A stretch of 63,996 bases of DNA, the filler included, from Asterionella formosa (lineage: Eukaryota), in the NCBI GenBank assembly GCA_002256025.1. It is 7 parts of 7 records of this genome, joined end to end, with 100 filler letters (N's around TTAATTAATTAA, not from the genome) between each part and the next. Parts side by side here need not be neighbours in the genome. Positions count along the whole stretch, not along the records: positions 18,431 to 27,541 come from NKIB01011117.1; positions 27,642 to 36,747 come from NKIB01011124.1; 5 more parts are not named here. The stretch is one strand, 5' to 3'. Position numbers and translations under genes: made by a program. Shown here piece after piece: positions 21,626 to 33,099 of this stretch (position 1 is the first letter of the stretch; every line of letters begins with the position of its first letter). The notes under the pieces were generated by a model, which saw only the letters and a list, made by a program, of their open reading frames with translations, did not search any database and was not told the origin of the DNA.

Positions 21626-22303
21626 ATGCGACCACGTATACCAGTTTTGCTTTACGTTCCGAATTTGCTCGGATATGTGCGAATTCTCTCCGCCTTTGTC
21701 GGCCTCCACTTCTCCATAGATCACCCAGTCCTGGCGATTTGGGTTTGGATAGCGTCTTGTTCTTTGGATCTGATCGATGGTATCCTTGCTAGAAAGCTGA
21801 ACCAGTGCTCGAAATTCGGCATCTTTCTTGACATTGTTGCCGATATTGTGCTTCGAACGTGCTGTTGGTTGGCGGCACTGGTAAATTCCAGGTCTCAGCA
21901 ATTGCTGCTCGTCGTTTGCATAGTTATATCAATTGAATGGTGCACCATGGTATGCACACAGCTACACGCTGCACGCAGTCAAGCCCATTGGAAGTCTCAG
22001 CGTGACAATGACCCCTGGTTGGTTCGAAAAGTGTTTTCGAGAAATTTCAAATCACCATTGGGCATTTTGGCCATGTACGGTCTCTTCTCAGCGAACATGT
22101 GGACTTTTGCATTTGAAAGACCTGAGCTGCTTGATGCAATTCCGTATTTCCAATTTTGGATGTATTTGGCTTATGCTGGGAGAGTTTTGGCTTTTTCTAT
22201 TGAATTATGGCTGTGCTATAGCTTCATAAGTTTTGTGATTGAACAAGACACTGAAATGAGGGATCAATCTGGATCCAATCTAATGAATGCACGGATGGAT
22301 TAG
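21626..22303 (+). CDS. CDP-alcohol phosphatidyltransferase (phosphatidylinositol synthase-like)
   Basis: VLLYVPNLLGYVRI and signature DLIDGILARKLNQCSKFGIFLDIVAD. Confidence 0.9.
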   Translation: MRPRIPVLLYVPNLLGYVRILSAFVGLHFSIDHPVLAIWVWIASCSLDLIDGILARKLNQCSKFGIFLDIVADIVLRTCCWLAALVNSRSQQLLLVVCIVISIEWCTMVCTQLHAARSQAHWKSQRDNDPWLVRKVFSRNFKSPLGILAMYGLFSANMWTFAFERPELLDAIPYFQFWMYLAYAGRVLAFSIELWLCYSFISFVIEQDTEMRDQSGSNLMNARMD

Positions 22304-22913
22304 GAAAACCAAGCTGTATGTCTTCAACAATTCAAAGAAAATGCAAGTAGATTACCGGGCATTTAGCCAGCCACCACCAGTACGGTATTCTTTCATGTTG
22401 GGTTCACTGACTTGTATTACCTACCTGTGGTCGATTTTAACATACTAGGACTACTATCACACGTACAATTAATATGCCGATCTATACACCACAGGCAACA
22501 ATCCCAGTCGTGTACCAGGTAGGAGTCAAAAATTTCCATTGGGGGGGAGGATTCGGTGAAGCCCCTATCATCAATAACGTGCCTTCGTATATTCCAGTAT
22601 GCATGTACCGGTATAAACAGTTCATTCCAGAGTTAGTACCTGGTACCAGGTACCAGGGCACATATGTAGGTACAGCAAGGAGTCATCACGACATAACGAA
22701 GCAATCAGAACATTGAAGCAATTTGCCGGGATGATGCTCGCTCTGTTCTACATAAATGCTTTAGTCCAACCATTGCTCACAGACTAATGTCGTGTCGTTG
22801 ACAGTCAAGATAAAACGAATGAAAGAGTGATGGTCTCGCTATTGCTTATTGGCAAAATATAGTTTCAGTTAAGCAGAGGCACAGTTGCCTGCATTCTGGA
22901 TTTTCTGGCGAAC

Positions 22914-24095
22914 ATGCCATCCGCATCGTCGATAGATCATCGTAACGCGCCACTAAATCCCTGCAGCCTCGAGTCCCTACCAGAACCGGTTGAGACCATG
23001 GACAGAAGGAAAGTCTGGCCGGTGATTGTCAGCTGCTATGAGTTGCAAGCTGATGGAAGGCGCTCCGGTCACATGGACCTATTTTCTGTTCAAGTTCCAG
23101 TTCTGCCCACGGATTCACTTGCGTTTGGTCCACCTCACACTGTCGAGAGCGGAGATTCGGGAATTCTTGATGGCAAGTGGTTCCCAAAATACGAAGCAGA
23201 AAGAAAAGAGTGGTGGTATGCAACTGCCCGCTCTTCTGGAGAGCTTTGTATACACACCATTCAACTGAACGACGACGTTCGTTCAAGCTTTCCGTTCACG
23301 ACGAAGCCTTTTCAAGCCAGAGCACGACTGGATGACACGAGCTCGATTTCCACCTCCGAAGTTGCTGAAGATCGTGGCTCGGATGGCAGAACACCACCAC
23401 TTTGTCTAGCGCTAAATTGGGATACTTCATCAGTGTCTGATTCAGCAACAAGCATTGTTTCTTCCTATTCAAACGGCATGGTTGCTATTCACAATGTCAT
23501 TCGATGTGAAGCTGACGGCACGCCAATTATCATTGAAAGAGACTCTTGGTTTGCGCACAGCTTATTTGGTAACACGCCAGCAGAAGTCTGGTCGTGTGGT
23601 TTTGCTGATCGAGGCAAGATGGTCATCAGCGGTGGTGATGACGGAAAAGTTAAATTCTGGGATATTCGCTCGACCATGAAACCGATTAAGATCCTACAGG
23701 ATTTCGAGGCAGGAGTGACGGCTATTTCGCCTCACCCAAGGAAAGAATATTTAGTGGCGATTGGAAGCTATGATGAGACAATTGCCATCTACGATCTAAG
23801 GTACATGTCGCAAAAGTTGATGAACAGATCCGAAAGTGTTGGAGGTGGCATCTGGCGAATTCAATGGCACCCCACCAATGACGACAGGTTACTATTGGCC
23901 GCCATGCACGGAGGCTGCAGGGTGCTTGATTTAACTTGGTCAGTTGATAGGCCCTCATTTAATGTCATGACATATTTTACAGAGCACGAGAGCATGGCGT
24001 ATGGGGCAGACTGGTTGGTGCAAGAGCACGGTGTAGAAACTGCAGCCAGTTGTTCTTTCTATGATAGAGCTACCTTTCTTTGGGATACCAAATAG
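22914..24095 (+). CDS. DPH7: Diphthamide biosynthesis WD40 protein DPH7/WDR85
   Basis: SGILDGKW, SGGDDG, GSYDE, VGGGIWRIQWHP, AAMHGG, HESMAYGADW and ASCSFYD. Confidence 0.9.
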   Translation: MPSASSIDHRNAPLNPCSLESLPEPVETMDRRKVWPVIVSCYELQADGRRSGHMDLFSVQVPVLPTDSLAFGPPHTVESGDSGILDGKWFPKYEAERKEWWYATARSSGELCIHTIQLNDDVRSSFPFTTKPFQARARLDDTSSISTSEVAEDRGSDGRTPPLCLALNWDTSSVSDSATSIVSSYSNGMVAIHNVIRCEADGTPIIIERDSWFAHSLFGNTPAEVWSCGFADRGKMVISGGDDGKVKFWDIRSTMKPIKILQDFEAGVTAISPHPRKEYLVAIGSYDETIAIYDLRYMSQKLMNRSESVGGGIWRIQWHPTNDDRLLLAAMHGGCRVLDLTWSVDRPSFNVMTYFTEHESMAYGADWLVQEHGVETAASCSFYDRATFLWDTK

Positions 24096-24109
24096 TTATG
24101 CTCATGTTG

Positions 24110-26766
24110 CTAGATTTTTCTGTTATCTATACCGTCCTCAATCATAAATTCTCCTTCAAAGGGGGTAATATTGTCGTCCTCACTACCATTGGAGTCAATA
24201 ACGGCAGCGGGTTCCACTTCGTGCTTTTCTGTATCATAGACAAAATCCATTTCGAGGGCATCGAGTGAATCTTCCATCTTGGCAAGCATAGCCTTCTTCA
24301 CAAGTTGCTCTTGAACTCTTGCCGCCTCTTTCCCAAGAGCGTCGAGGGAATCTTCCATTTCGGCAAGAATAGCTTGTTCTTGAACCCGTATAGCCTCTTT
24401 CCCGCTAGGATTTTTAATAGGGCCCACGTCCGCCTTCGCATTCGTAGGAATATCGGCACCCGGGGCTGCATTCAAAATAGCTTCTGTCTCTTTCCACTCT
24501 TCCATGGCGGCCTCTTTCAATGCTTCTACGCGCACATAATAATCTTCCAAAGTTAACGGGGATTCGATCAGGTTCAGTGCATCACTATCGTCGACAGTCA
24601 AAGGAGGCTGGACTTCATTTTCTAATCTAGTTGCATCATCATGTTCAAGCTTGTGGTCATCAATAAGCTCTTGGCTCAAAAGAATTTGCTCGTCATATTC
24701 ACCGATTTCGTCACGCCTTAAGTTGGCGGACCCGTCAGCTATGATGTCCTCAGCATTGTCAATGGAGCCAACTATTCTGGTGTTGTCTCCGCCTTCCAGC
24801 GCTTTTGAAACATCGCCATTAACATGAAATGATTCGATCACATTCGTGTGAAACGTGGCATTCTGCTGCTGGATAGAGGAATCAACCAAAATCTCCTCTG
24901 GGCTCGTCGTGAGCTGAACGTTGTCAACATCTGTGATCACAGGTATTCCATTTTCAAGAGCTGTGACCTTATGTAATGTTCTATCTTCCAAATCATCGAC
25001 GACTGCTTCAGCAGGGGAATCCAAAATTTCAATTTTATCGTGTGCTTCATCTCGTTCCTTCCTTTCTTGAGCTTCTCGCTCCTTCTGGCGTTTCTCCTCT
25101 TCCATTGACTCTAAATCCTCCACAGAATACCCTCGAATCGGAAGCTGATACTCAAATAGCTCTCCATTAACAATTCTTTGTGAATTAAAGGGCATTTCAT
25201 TGAAACCTGACAACCATCGCACACTTCCTGAGTTGGTCTCTGCCACCAATGTATCGACGCACAGTGGATCCTCACCCTTTCCATAATTCTCGTTGTCATA
25301 CGGATCAAGAAATTGTTTAGCGAGGTCAAAAAGACCCTGATAAGTCATAGTGAGAAGACCAGTTCCAAGAATACCCAAAATTGGCGACATATTGCTTGAA
25401 AAAGCCATGACTGGATACAGCCAGAGAATAACATCCACCAACACCTGAACAATGTGTACATATGCTAACGGCATTCGACCCTGGAGTTCATCTCCGATAG
25501 CACCATACTGCGATCGAATCACATGGCATTTCTCGAGGAATTGTTGCTCATATCCAGATCCTCCCTGCAAGTGACCAGCTGCACGTCCCTCTATATACAA
25601 GCGCATGATCCACATGATTACTGCATTGTGGCGTTGTGTAGCAGGCACTTCGGCGTCAACCAAAACTTGTCGCTCTTGGGGAGTTAAAAGACCTCGCTCT
25701 ACCATTCGCCTCATACCTCGAGGAGTTAAAATTGGGCGGTGTGACCGAGTAAAGGAAGCGTACGTTAACAGGTTGAATAATCGGATGTATCGAGCCATTA
25801 GCTCCAAAAGTTGGCGACTCGCAGGCGTATAAGTCGAAGATTCAGTAGGGTTATTGGTCGTCTTCCTTGATGCATGTGACGCTAAGAGAAGTCCAAGATC
25901 ATTCAGCCGACCTTGCAAACGGCGGGATAGCTCATAACATTTCCTCCACAGGGCATATGACTGATTCAAAAAGAAAGTGAGGGTAAACGTTGTCACACTT
26001 AGCAGCTGCCCCCAGAGAATACCAAATCCATTCAGAAATGTTTTCATCTGAGGAATCGCCTGGGCAATCACCAGGATTACACAAGCAATAGCCATGTTTC
26101 GTATACATGACCTCCAAGTCTCGGAAAACACTGTACCCCGCCAAAGTCTCCAAATCTGAAGGACGAAAAGCAAAGTGAGGACCTCATTTGATTCAAGAAT
26201 TGGTGTATTACAACTCTTATTTTCCAATACTTACGTATCCACGCGATGGATCAAATTGCATCATGATGGGTCGCCGCGCGCTTGTTCGAACACTCTCATC
26301 AATTAAATCATCCAAAAGGTTCTGTGTTGATGCCTGTTCAATAATTGACTCTGGTGTTGTCAGCACCATATTTCGTGCTGTGAACGACTCTCTCGACTTT
26401 TTCGGTCTCACTAATGGACTATGGTGCCTCGTTTTAGCTCGCAGTGAGGCACCTTGCTGTATCCTTTGAAAGAGTGGCGAGAATGCTGCCGGGTTGAAAC
26501 TGGTTAGCTGCGACGACGTTGACGACGGAGCAAAGTCCAGCTTTATTGTTCCTTCTCCGTTTGATCTCCGCTGATGTATCGATACTGTTCTTGTATGTGT
26601 CGAAGCCGGAAGCATAGCCATTGAATACTGTATGGACCACAGAGCGCAGCAGATCACAAGCATCACCTTCCCATCGCAGGTTGCTCGCGTTCCCGATCCA
26701 GATCGTCGAGTTTGACGTCGCTCGTCTCGTTTGTAATCTTGCTGTATTCTTATTAGTTTCCTCATT
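24110..26766 (-). CDS. Bestrophin-like (UPF0187) anion channel with a long acidic C-tail; intron 26156-26234; start codon uncertain
   Basis: TTFTLTFFLNQSYALWR, GRLNDL, RMPLAYVHIVQVLVD and YQGLFDLAKQFLDPYDNE. GTAAGT donor and CTTCAG acceptor join FDPSRGY to IWRLW in frame. Confidence 0.82.
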
Positions 26767-27179
26767 CGCTCTTCTCTGACCGTCTTCGTTAACAAGTATT
26801 GTCTAATGATAGTAACAAGGCAGGATACTTGTCAACAACAAGAGCAAAAGGTTTGTTCCTCACGAAAATTCATTCCACACCCTCACCGTGCAAAATAATG
26901 GAACTGGTACGCACTGGTATTAAGTACCAGTACCGGTACACTGTTACCTGGTACTAATAGTTCTAACAGTTCCCGTAAATACTCCAGGAGTTTTCTCGAA
27001 GTACGGTACCATACCGGTAGTCTAGCTATTTTATTGGATGCTGTCGGTAAATATCGGTACCTATTTATACTAAGTCTGGACTTGAGTCCAAAGTCTGACA
27101 CCACCAAATAACGAGGAGGACACATCCTCCTTTTGTCATTATGCATGCAAGATAGTACTAGCTGAATCTCTGGCCCAAA

Positions 27180-27470
27180 TTAAACCTGAAACTGGTTTCA
27201 ACATGGTATTGACACTGCACAGCTGACTTTGATTCATTTGCCTCTGTCATGGGGCTTGCCAAACTATGGGAGCATGGAAAGACAGAGATGGAAAAGGAAT
27301 ATCTTTCTACTGAACAACAAGTTCCAACATTTGTTGTATTGCCACAGGGGCTCATCCTGGTGCACAGAGATTCCTGGCATTGCACAAGCATCTATTCACA
27401 TTTAGATTTCTATGGAAAAAGGGCTATTCTTGAGTGCATCTTTTGATTGAATTTGACCATGCAACTTTCC
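27180..27470 (+). mobile_element. Possible decayed retrotransposon integrase zinc-finger (H2C2-like) fragment
   Basis: Frameshifted AHPGAQRFL..SIYSHLDFYGKRAILE resembles HPGxxRLxxTIxxHFY. Weak. Confidence 0.3.
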
Positions 27471-27641
27471 GGGAAAATGGACTTCAGATGCTGCTTCCTT
27501 TTCTACTCCAAACTTAGCTGAAGAAAATAATTATTTATGAANNNNNNNNNNNNNNNNNNNNNNNNNNNNNNNNNNNNNNNNNNNNTTAATTAATTAANNN
27601 NNNNNNNNNNNNNNNNNNNNNNNNNNNNNNNNNNNNNNNNN

Positions 27642-28181
27642 AGCAGGCATAGGCCACAAACTTCGCTTTCCAAACATGCCACTTGGCATCGGTACCATCA
27701 AATGTTGGCAACCGCACTCCTGACGATTCGTCGTCAATTCCCATCTTGAGTACCCTTTCAAACCTATCGCTTTAAAGCGTGTTGAAATGGTCCGTACTCC
27801 TTCCCGCGGGTTGGGTCTCTCTTCACGTAGACTCTTACGTGATCGTAGTACTACCTAGTACCACTCACTTTCTCTCTTGTCTCTGCTTCTAGCCTTCCTG
27901 CTAGATAGACTAATTGACCTTCCTGTCAATTAACACACTGTTTCCTCGGTTGATAATCTAAATCTCAAATTAAATTATAAGCTAAACTAAATGTTTCCTT
28001 TCCATGCATCTTTGCTTCCTGCAAAGTCGTTCTAAGACTCTCTTCGAGTTTCCACTTAACATTTCCTTAGAAATCTTCAATCTCTGATCTCGTTAGACAG
28101 CTGACGTGGCAATGCAATATTCGACTCGTTCGATTACAATCGAGTCCACAATCCTTGTGACTCGGGCTAATATTCTTGACA
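27642..28181 (-). mobile_element. 5' end of a Ty1/copia LTR retrotransposon (LTR plus gag start), cut by a gap
   Basis: ATG 27744 encodes MGIDDESSGVRLPTFDGTDAKWHVWKAKFVAYAC (copia gag N-terminus). The upstream segment 27924-28181 is bounded by TGTCAA...TTGACA; an alternative LTR end is at 27780. Confidence 0.7.
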
Positions 28182-29082
28182 CTGGTACAGGTACGTAAAA
28201 TGATTCCCAAGCTATCGATGTACCTACCAGTATACCAAAATGGATTGTAAGAAGCACCAACAATCTAGTGATGCAAAGCTAGTAATCACAACCAGAAAAA
28301 TTTGTAGAGCATAATTACAAGATTCAGTATCAGCCTTGCCTTATAAAACGAGCAATGCCATAATAATGATGCATGCATGATACATCCCTGCTACTACCAT
28401 GAGGATCCTTTCATTAACCCCAACAAAGAGTTGAAATTACTTGTTCAACAAGTGATATTTAACTATATCTCCTGTCTACACTATTACTAGAATAGATGCT
28501 GTGCCTGTATGCATCTCCTTCATATTTTTAGTCGACGCTATTATCCAGTAGTAGCTGGTACTATAGGCAATCCACCTCAGTATGTTCCAGATCTGGCACC
28601 ACCAAAGCAGCACCGTCGTTAGTGTGTTATGCGCAAATGGCTCCTTTCCGCTGGGTGGCTTAAAAGTAGATAAATAAACTGTTCATCACTCAACAAATAA
28701 GGAAGGAATTCTTTGAGTGCTATTCATGCATGGTCATTCAAAAGGTTTGGGTAGAAATATCCAGAAAAATTCAGAATTCCATCATTCACTGTAAAATTCC
28801 TATTTTTTCAATATGCATGTATTATAAGTATTAGTAGTTATTAGTTAGTAATATCATGCATAATTATTAGGCTTTGTGGTGGAGCACATTTGCATTTGTA
28901 CTTGTTGCTTCTTAGTAGTATTGACTAAAGAAGTATAATCTTTGTCATCATGATGCAAACCCTTTACTAGCTAGACCTAGAGTCATGACTAGTCTAGTAT
29001 CCAGTTTTGCCTTATTTCATTTAGAGGCTCACATCAGCAGCCGCTCAATACTGAATCCATGTGCTTTTTCTATTCCTAGTAG

Positions 29083-29697
29083 TTAGCTAGGACCAGCACA
29101 CGTGCTGCACATGTATACATCCCAAGCAATGGAACCATCTGTAAGGAAATCACTTTCCATGTATCCTGTGGCACAAGCAAAATCACCAGTTCCACCAGCA
29201 ATGATTGCACTGGAGCCTCTGCAGGAGCCTAGTGTAAGGATAGTTGTAATGTATGTATCTGATTCAGACACATAATCAGAATCAAAAAGAAATGTACCTT
29301 GATAGTTGCAGTCGTACTCATCATCACCAATGTAGGACACAGTGAGTTGGTATTTGCCAAGTGTAATGTTTGTATTGGCATCATGGAAAAGAACAGTAAA
29401 GCTCTTTTGGTCCCCTGCAGCATCTCCAAGATTATCTGTAATAATTTCAAATGATTTTTTACATCCACCATCATGATGCTTCTTTTTTCCTTTAGTACTG
29501 TTACTGATTTTCTGCGTCGCAAGCCTGGCATTGTCAGCTAATGCAGCTGTACCAGGAGCATTCCCACGCACACCAGCAGCTGTATGGTGATGGTTGCGGT
29601 GGTTGACACCAGTGTTGATGGCGTTGGTAAGAACTGGGACCAAGAGAATAGTGATCATACAAAGCAGAGTAGTAGCACTAGTAGTTGAAGCTTTCAT
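29083..29697 (-). CDS. Secreted dirigent/allene-oxide-cyclase-like beta-barrel protein
   Basis: Signal peptide, low-complexity linker, and C-terminal AIIAGGTGDFACATG. Confidence 0.6.
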   Translation of the reverse strand: MKASTTSATTLLCMITILLVPVLTNAINTGVNHRNHHHTAAGVRGNAPGTAALADNARLATQKISNSTKGKKKHHDGGCKKSFEIITDNLGDAAGDQKSFTVLFHDANTNITLGKYQLTVSYIGDDEYDCNYQGTFLFDSDYVSESDTYITTILTLGSCRGSSAIIAGGTGDFACATGYMESDFLTDGSIAWDVYMCSTCAGPS

Positions 29698-30664
29698 GAT
29701 GATATTACAATATACTAGTAGTGATAGCTAGGAGGATATATGTGAGTGGGGCCTGCAGAAAAGGACGGAATGCAAAACTCTCATTGTTAGCTATCTAACA
29801 ACTGCTGGTGCTGGCATTTTACGAGGAGCTACTACTAGGAGTAGTAGCACAGCATCTAGTCGATACAGTAGTACTGTTTGGTAACAACAAGTCGGGATGC
29901 AACCAACAAGAAAAAGGGGGGAAGCATGAAGAGATGAACACTGGCAAATATCAAGCATGTATGAAGGATCAGTTGGCAGTCAGCTCACCCCCATTTACTA
30001 GGTATCTTACCAGTAAGAAAAGGATGCAGGGACTGTTGTGACAATATTATGATCTTGATCTTTGCAAATGGATGATCAGAATGACCGGTAGGTAATTATT
30101 AGCTATGCAGTATTAGGGTATTGTTATATTTAAGTCACTGCACGATTGATTCTAGGAAGTTCCGACGACCGCATCTCTATGAAATACCATCACACGACTT
30201 GGAATTGAATGAACAATTTTACAACCGGTACCGGTACTATTACGAAGAAAACCGGTATATAATCCCACCATGTGAAGAGAAAATGGTGTCCTCGTCCATA
30301 CGGTACCAGATACCTGGTACCAGGTAATGCGATTATAGTCGCGCTAAAGATTCACGCCGACAACAACATAATGATAATAATCTAGCTGGGGTATTATTTT
30401 ATTCGTATGGACACAATCGATGCAATGTTGTTAGCTACCGGTATAATACCGGTAGTCCAGCTACTTTAGTGAAAGGCTTGATAGAAGAGCAGGATAACAA
30501 AAATGTGCAGCCACACCCATCTTGTACAAGAAGCAATGGCATCCTGGAACCCCCCTCCTACCGTGAAAGTTGACATAATAGCACTATATTATAGCCGCTG
30601 ACAGCTAATACTAGTATAGAATATTGGCTGCTGCTGTTTTTTGCAGCTCGTCATTTTAATTTAG

Positions 30665-32729
30665 TTAAACAATGCTATTATCTAGTAGACTTAAATGTTC
30701 CTGATGTTGTGGCATGGGTAGTGTGTAAAGGGCTTCCGTGGGTGAAAATCGATCCAAGAAATTGCGAACCACTCCACGAAAAAAGGGATTCTTGTACTGT
30801 CCATGTTCATTCAACAGGTAGGGGTATCGACCCAAATTCTGATGTTCATTCGTGGTCAAATTCACCATACTTAACTGAGTATGATAAATTAACATCCCAA
30901 TGGCAGGGATGGCGGGCAAGCCAGTGAAGCATGCTTTGAGGAACAAGAAAGTGTCAAATTTGTCCAAGCGTCTCATGTAAATTCCAAAGGTGATGAAAAA
31001 TCCAATATAGCACAGCACCATGGCAAGTAAAAAGATATAAAACCATTTATAATTGTGCATGCCAACAGTATTTCCAACAAAGGGACAAAAATGATCAAAC
31101 AACAAAACACATTTTCTCTGTACTCGGCAGTGTTTGGACCTCAAGGGTCTTGCAATGTGACATGTGTGGCAGAGTGGTACCTTGTTTTCTGTAAATTTCG
31201 ATTCATCGGCATAGGATTCAATCGTTTGTTCATAGATTCTTGTTAATTCTGGAGTCTTGGGGCTTGATTGGTCCAATGTGCCTGGGTTGGTAGTAAATGT
31301 CTTGTAGAGTGAATACCAAAGCACCAACATGCCCAGAATGTTCCAAGAATGCCATCCCATGAGGTCCCAAAGCATTCCATTCTCGTGATTCAATGGAGTA
31401 AAGACAGTCATGTACCATGCCAAATATAGGCCCAAATAAAAGAGTACAACGTAGAATGGAAATTTGGGAGCATCGTCAATCTCATCAAGACGAGATGTGG
31501 TGCAGCCCATCCAAACCTGCCAAGAATGGTATGAGAAGAACTGTCGGAGGGTTGCCTTGCCTTGCTTCCAAAGCCGTGTTGCAGGTTTGAGTTCGTAGGC
31601 ATCCATAGTATCTCTCAACAGGGCTTGGACAGTGGGTCTGTTTTTGGTAATGGCCAAGTCCAAGGGAGTTTTGCCATTCTTGTCCTTTAGGTACAACAAT
31701 GTCCTCCCATCTGCCAAGGTTCCTTCTGACAGTAAGTATCTTACAGTTGTGGTATGTCCTCTCAGAGCCGCCAGATGCAATGGTGTTTGTCCAAAAGAAT
31801 CCGCGGTGGTCCATGTCAATTCTCCTCTAAACAACAGCAATCCACAAACTTGTACACTCCCCTTGTATGCTGCCCAATGGAGTGCTGTATCCAACATGTT
31901 GTCCGTGGCATGTCCATTGGCTCCTTTTTGTAACAAGTATCCAACAAGTTCAACATGCCCATATTGAGCCGCAATCAACAGTGGTGTGCACCCCGAAAGG
32001 TCCTTGCCTTCCATGTCGGCCCCATAGTTGAGGAGAGTGGCAATGTGTGGAACCGATCCTTCTGTGCATGCCCAGTGCAAGGGCCGCATCCCCACCGAGT
32101 CTGAGGATGGGATATCCAGCGTTGCGGGTGACACGTGTTTACAGAGCAGTTGAAGAATGGCAAGGTCGTCAACTGACACGGAGGATGTATGAATGAATGA
32201 ATGGATGCATTTAGGTCCTGTAGCAACATAATGATTGGAAAACAAAAAGTCCAAGTTAGGACTTACCTCGTTTTGCAGCCCAATGAAGTAAGGAATGCCC
32301 ATCTTCTCCCAGCATGTCTAAAACAGCAGTAGAATGAATAGTAGTGGAACCAGCAGCAGTCCGACGTTGCTCCAACAAGCACTTGATCATTGGTTCCAAG
32401 GACGACGCTTGACCCAAGCGCACCAACAATGTAATGACAGCAAAGACTTGCTGAGGCGAACTGACAAGTATTTCTTCTGTTGTCATTGGCTTAGGAGGAG
32501 GAGGACGTGGGATTACCATGGGACGAGCACAACAAGCGTTTTTCGCATTGCCGTGAGAATGATGAGAATGAGAATGAGGCTGAGAGCCGTGGGAAAGAGA
32601 GTGAGTCGACGACGACGACGACGAGTGATGCGAAGGATGACTGCGGCTCTCGCCGTGGCTAGGAGTCATTTCAATAGCCGCCGTATCCGACGTAAGCGTG
32701 GCTCCAGTGAGCGTTAGTTCCTTGGACAT
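30665..32729 (-). CDS. Ankyrin-repeat DHHC-family palmitoyltransferase (Akr1/ZDHHC17-like); intron 32173-32266
   Basis: Ankyrin repeats (LLHWAAKR, PLHWAC, TPLLIAAQYGH, TALHWAA, TPLHLAALRGH). Cys-rich domain CHTCHIARPLRSKHC..FDHFCPFVGNTVG, then NLTTNE. Confidence 0.92.
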
Positions 32730-32886
32730 GATGCTTGTGTATGATGACGATGACAATGACGATGATGATGATGATGCTGCTTAGCGACAACCAGTACGGT
32801 AGGTAAGTAATAGTGAGGAAGAGATAAAACCTCAATCATTGCTGTCCGCGATCAAAATCCAAGCATCAAATGCTGCTTACAGCGAA

Positions 32887-32915
32887 CTGGTACCAGGTAC
32901 CAGGTACCAGGTACC
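32887..32915. repeat. (TACCAGG)n 7-bp tandem array; similar arrays at 12377, 22636, 30301, 35609-35660, 38356, 39922-40012, 46920, 47325, 55761, 59215, 59598 and 59868
   Basis: Read directly: ctggtaccaggtaccaggtaccaggtacc. Confidence 0.9.
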
Positions 32916-33099
32916 TCTCATAATATTCACAATGTATACATAGATTTTTTCTAATTTTCAAGTTATGACTTTGGATAAGACTGTAGTGTCACTTATTTAA
33001 CAAAAAATAGAGTTTTGGAATTAGAAACTTGAAAGGCAAATAACAATGGCAAACTACTACTAGCTATATGGTGCAATATCGAATATTGTTGCATCAAAG

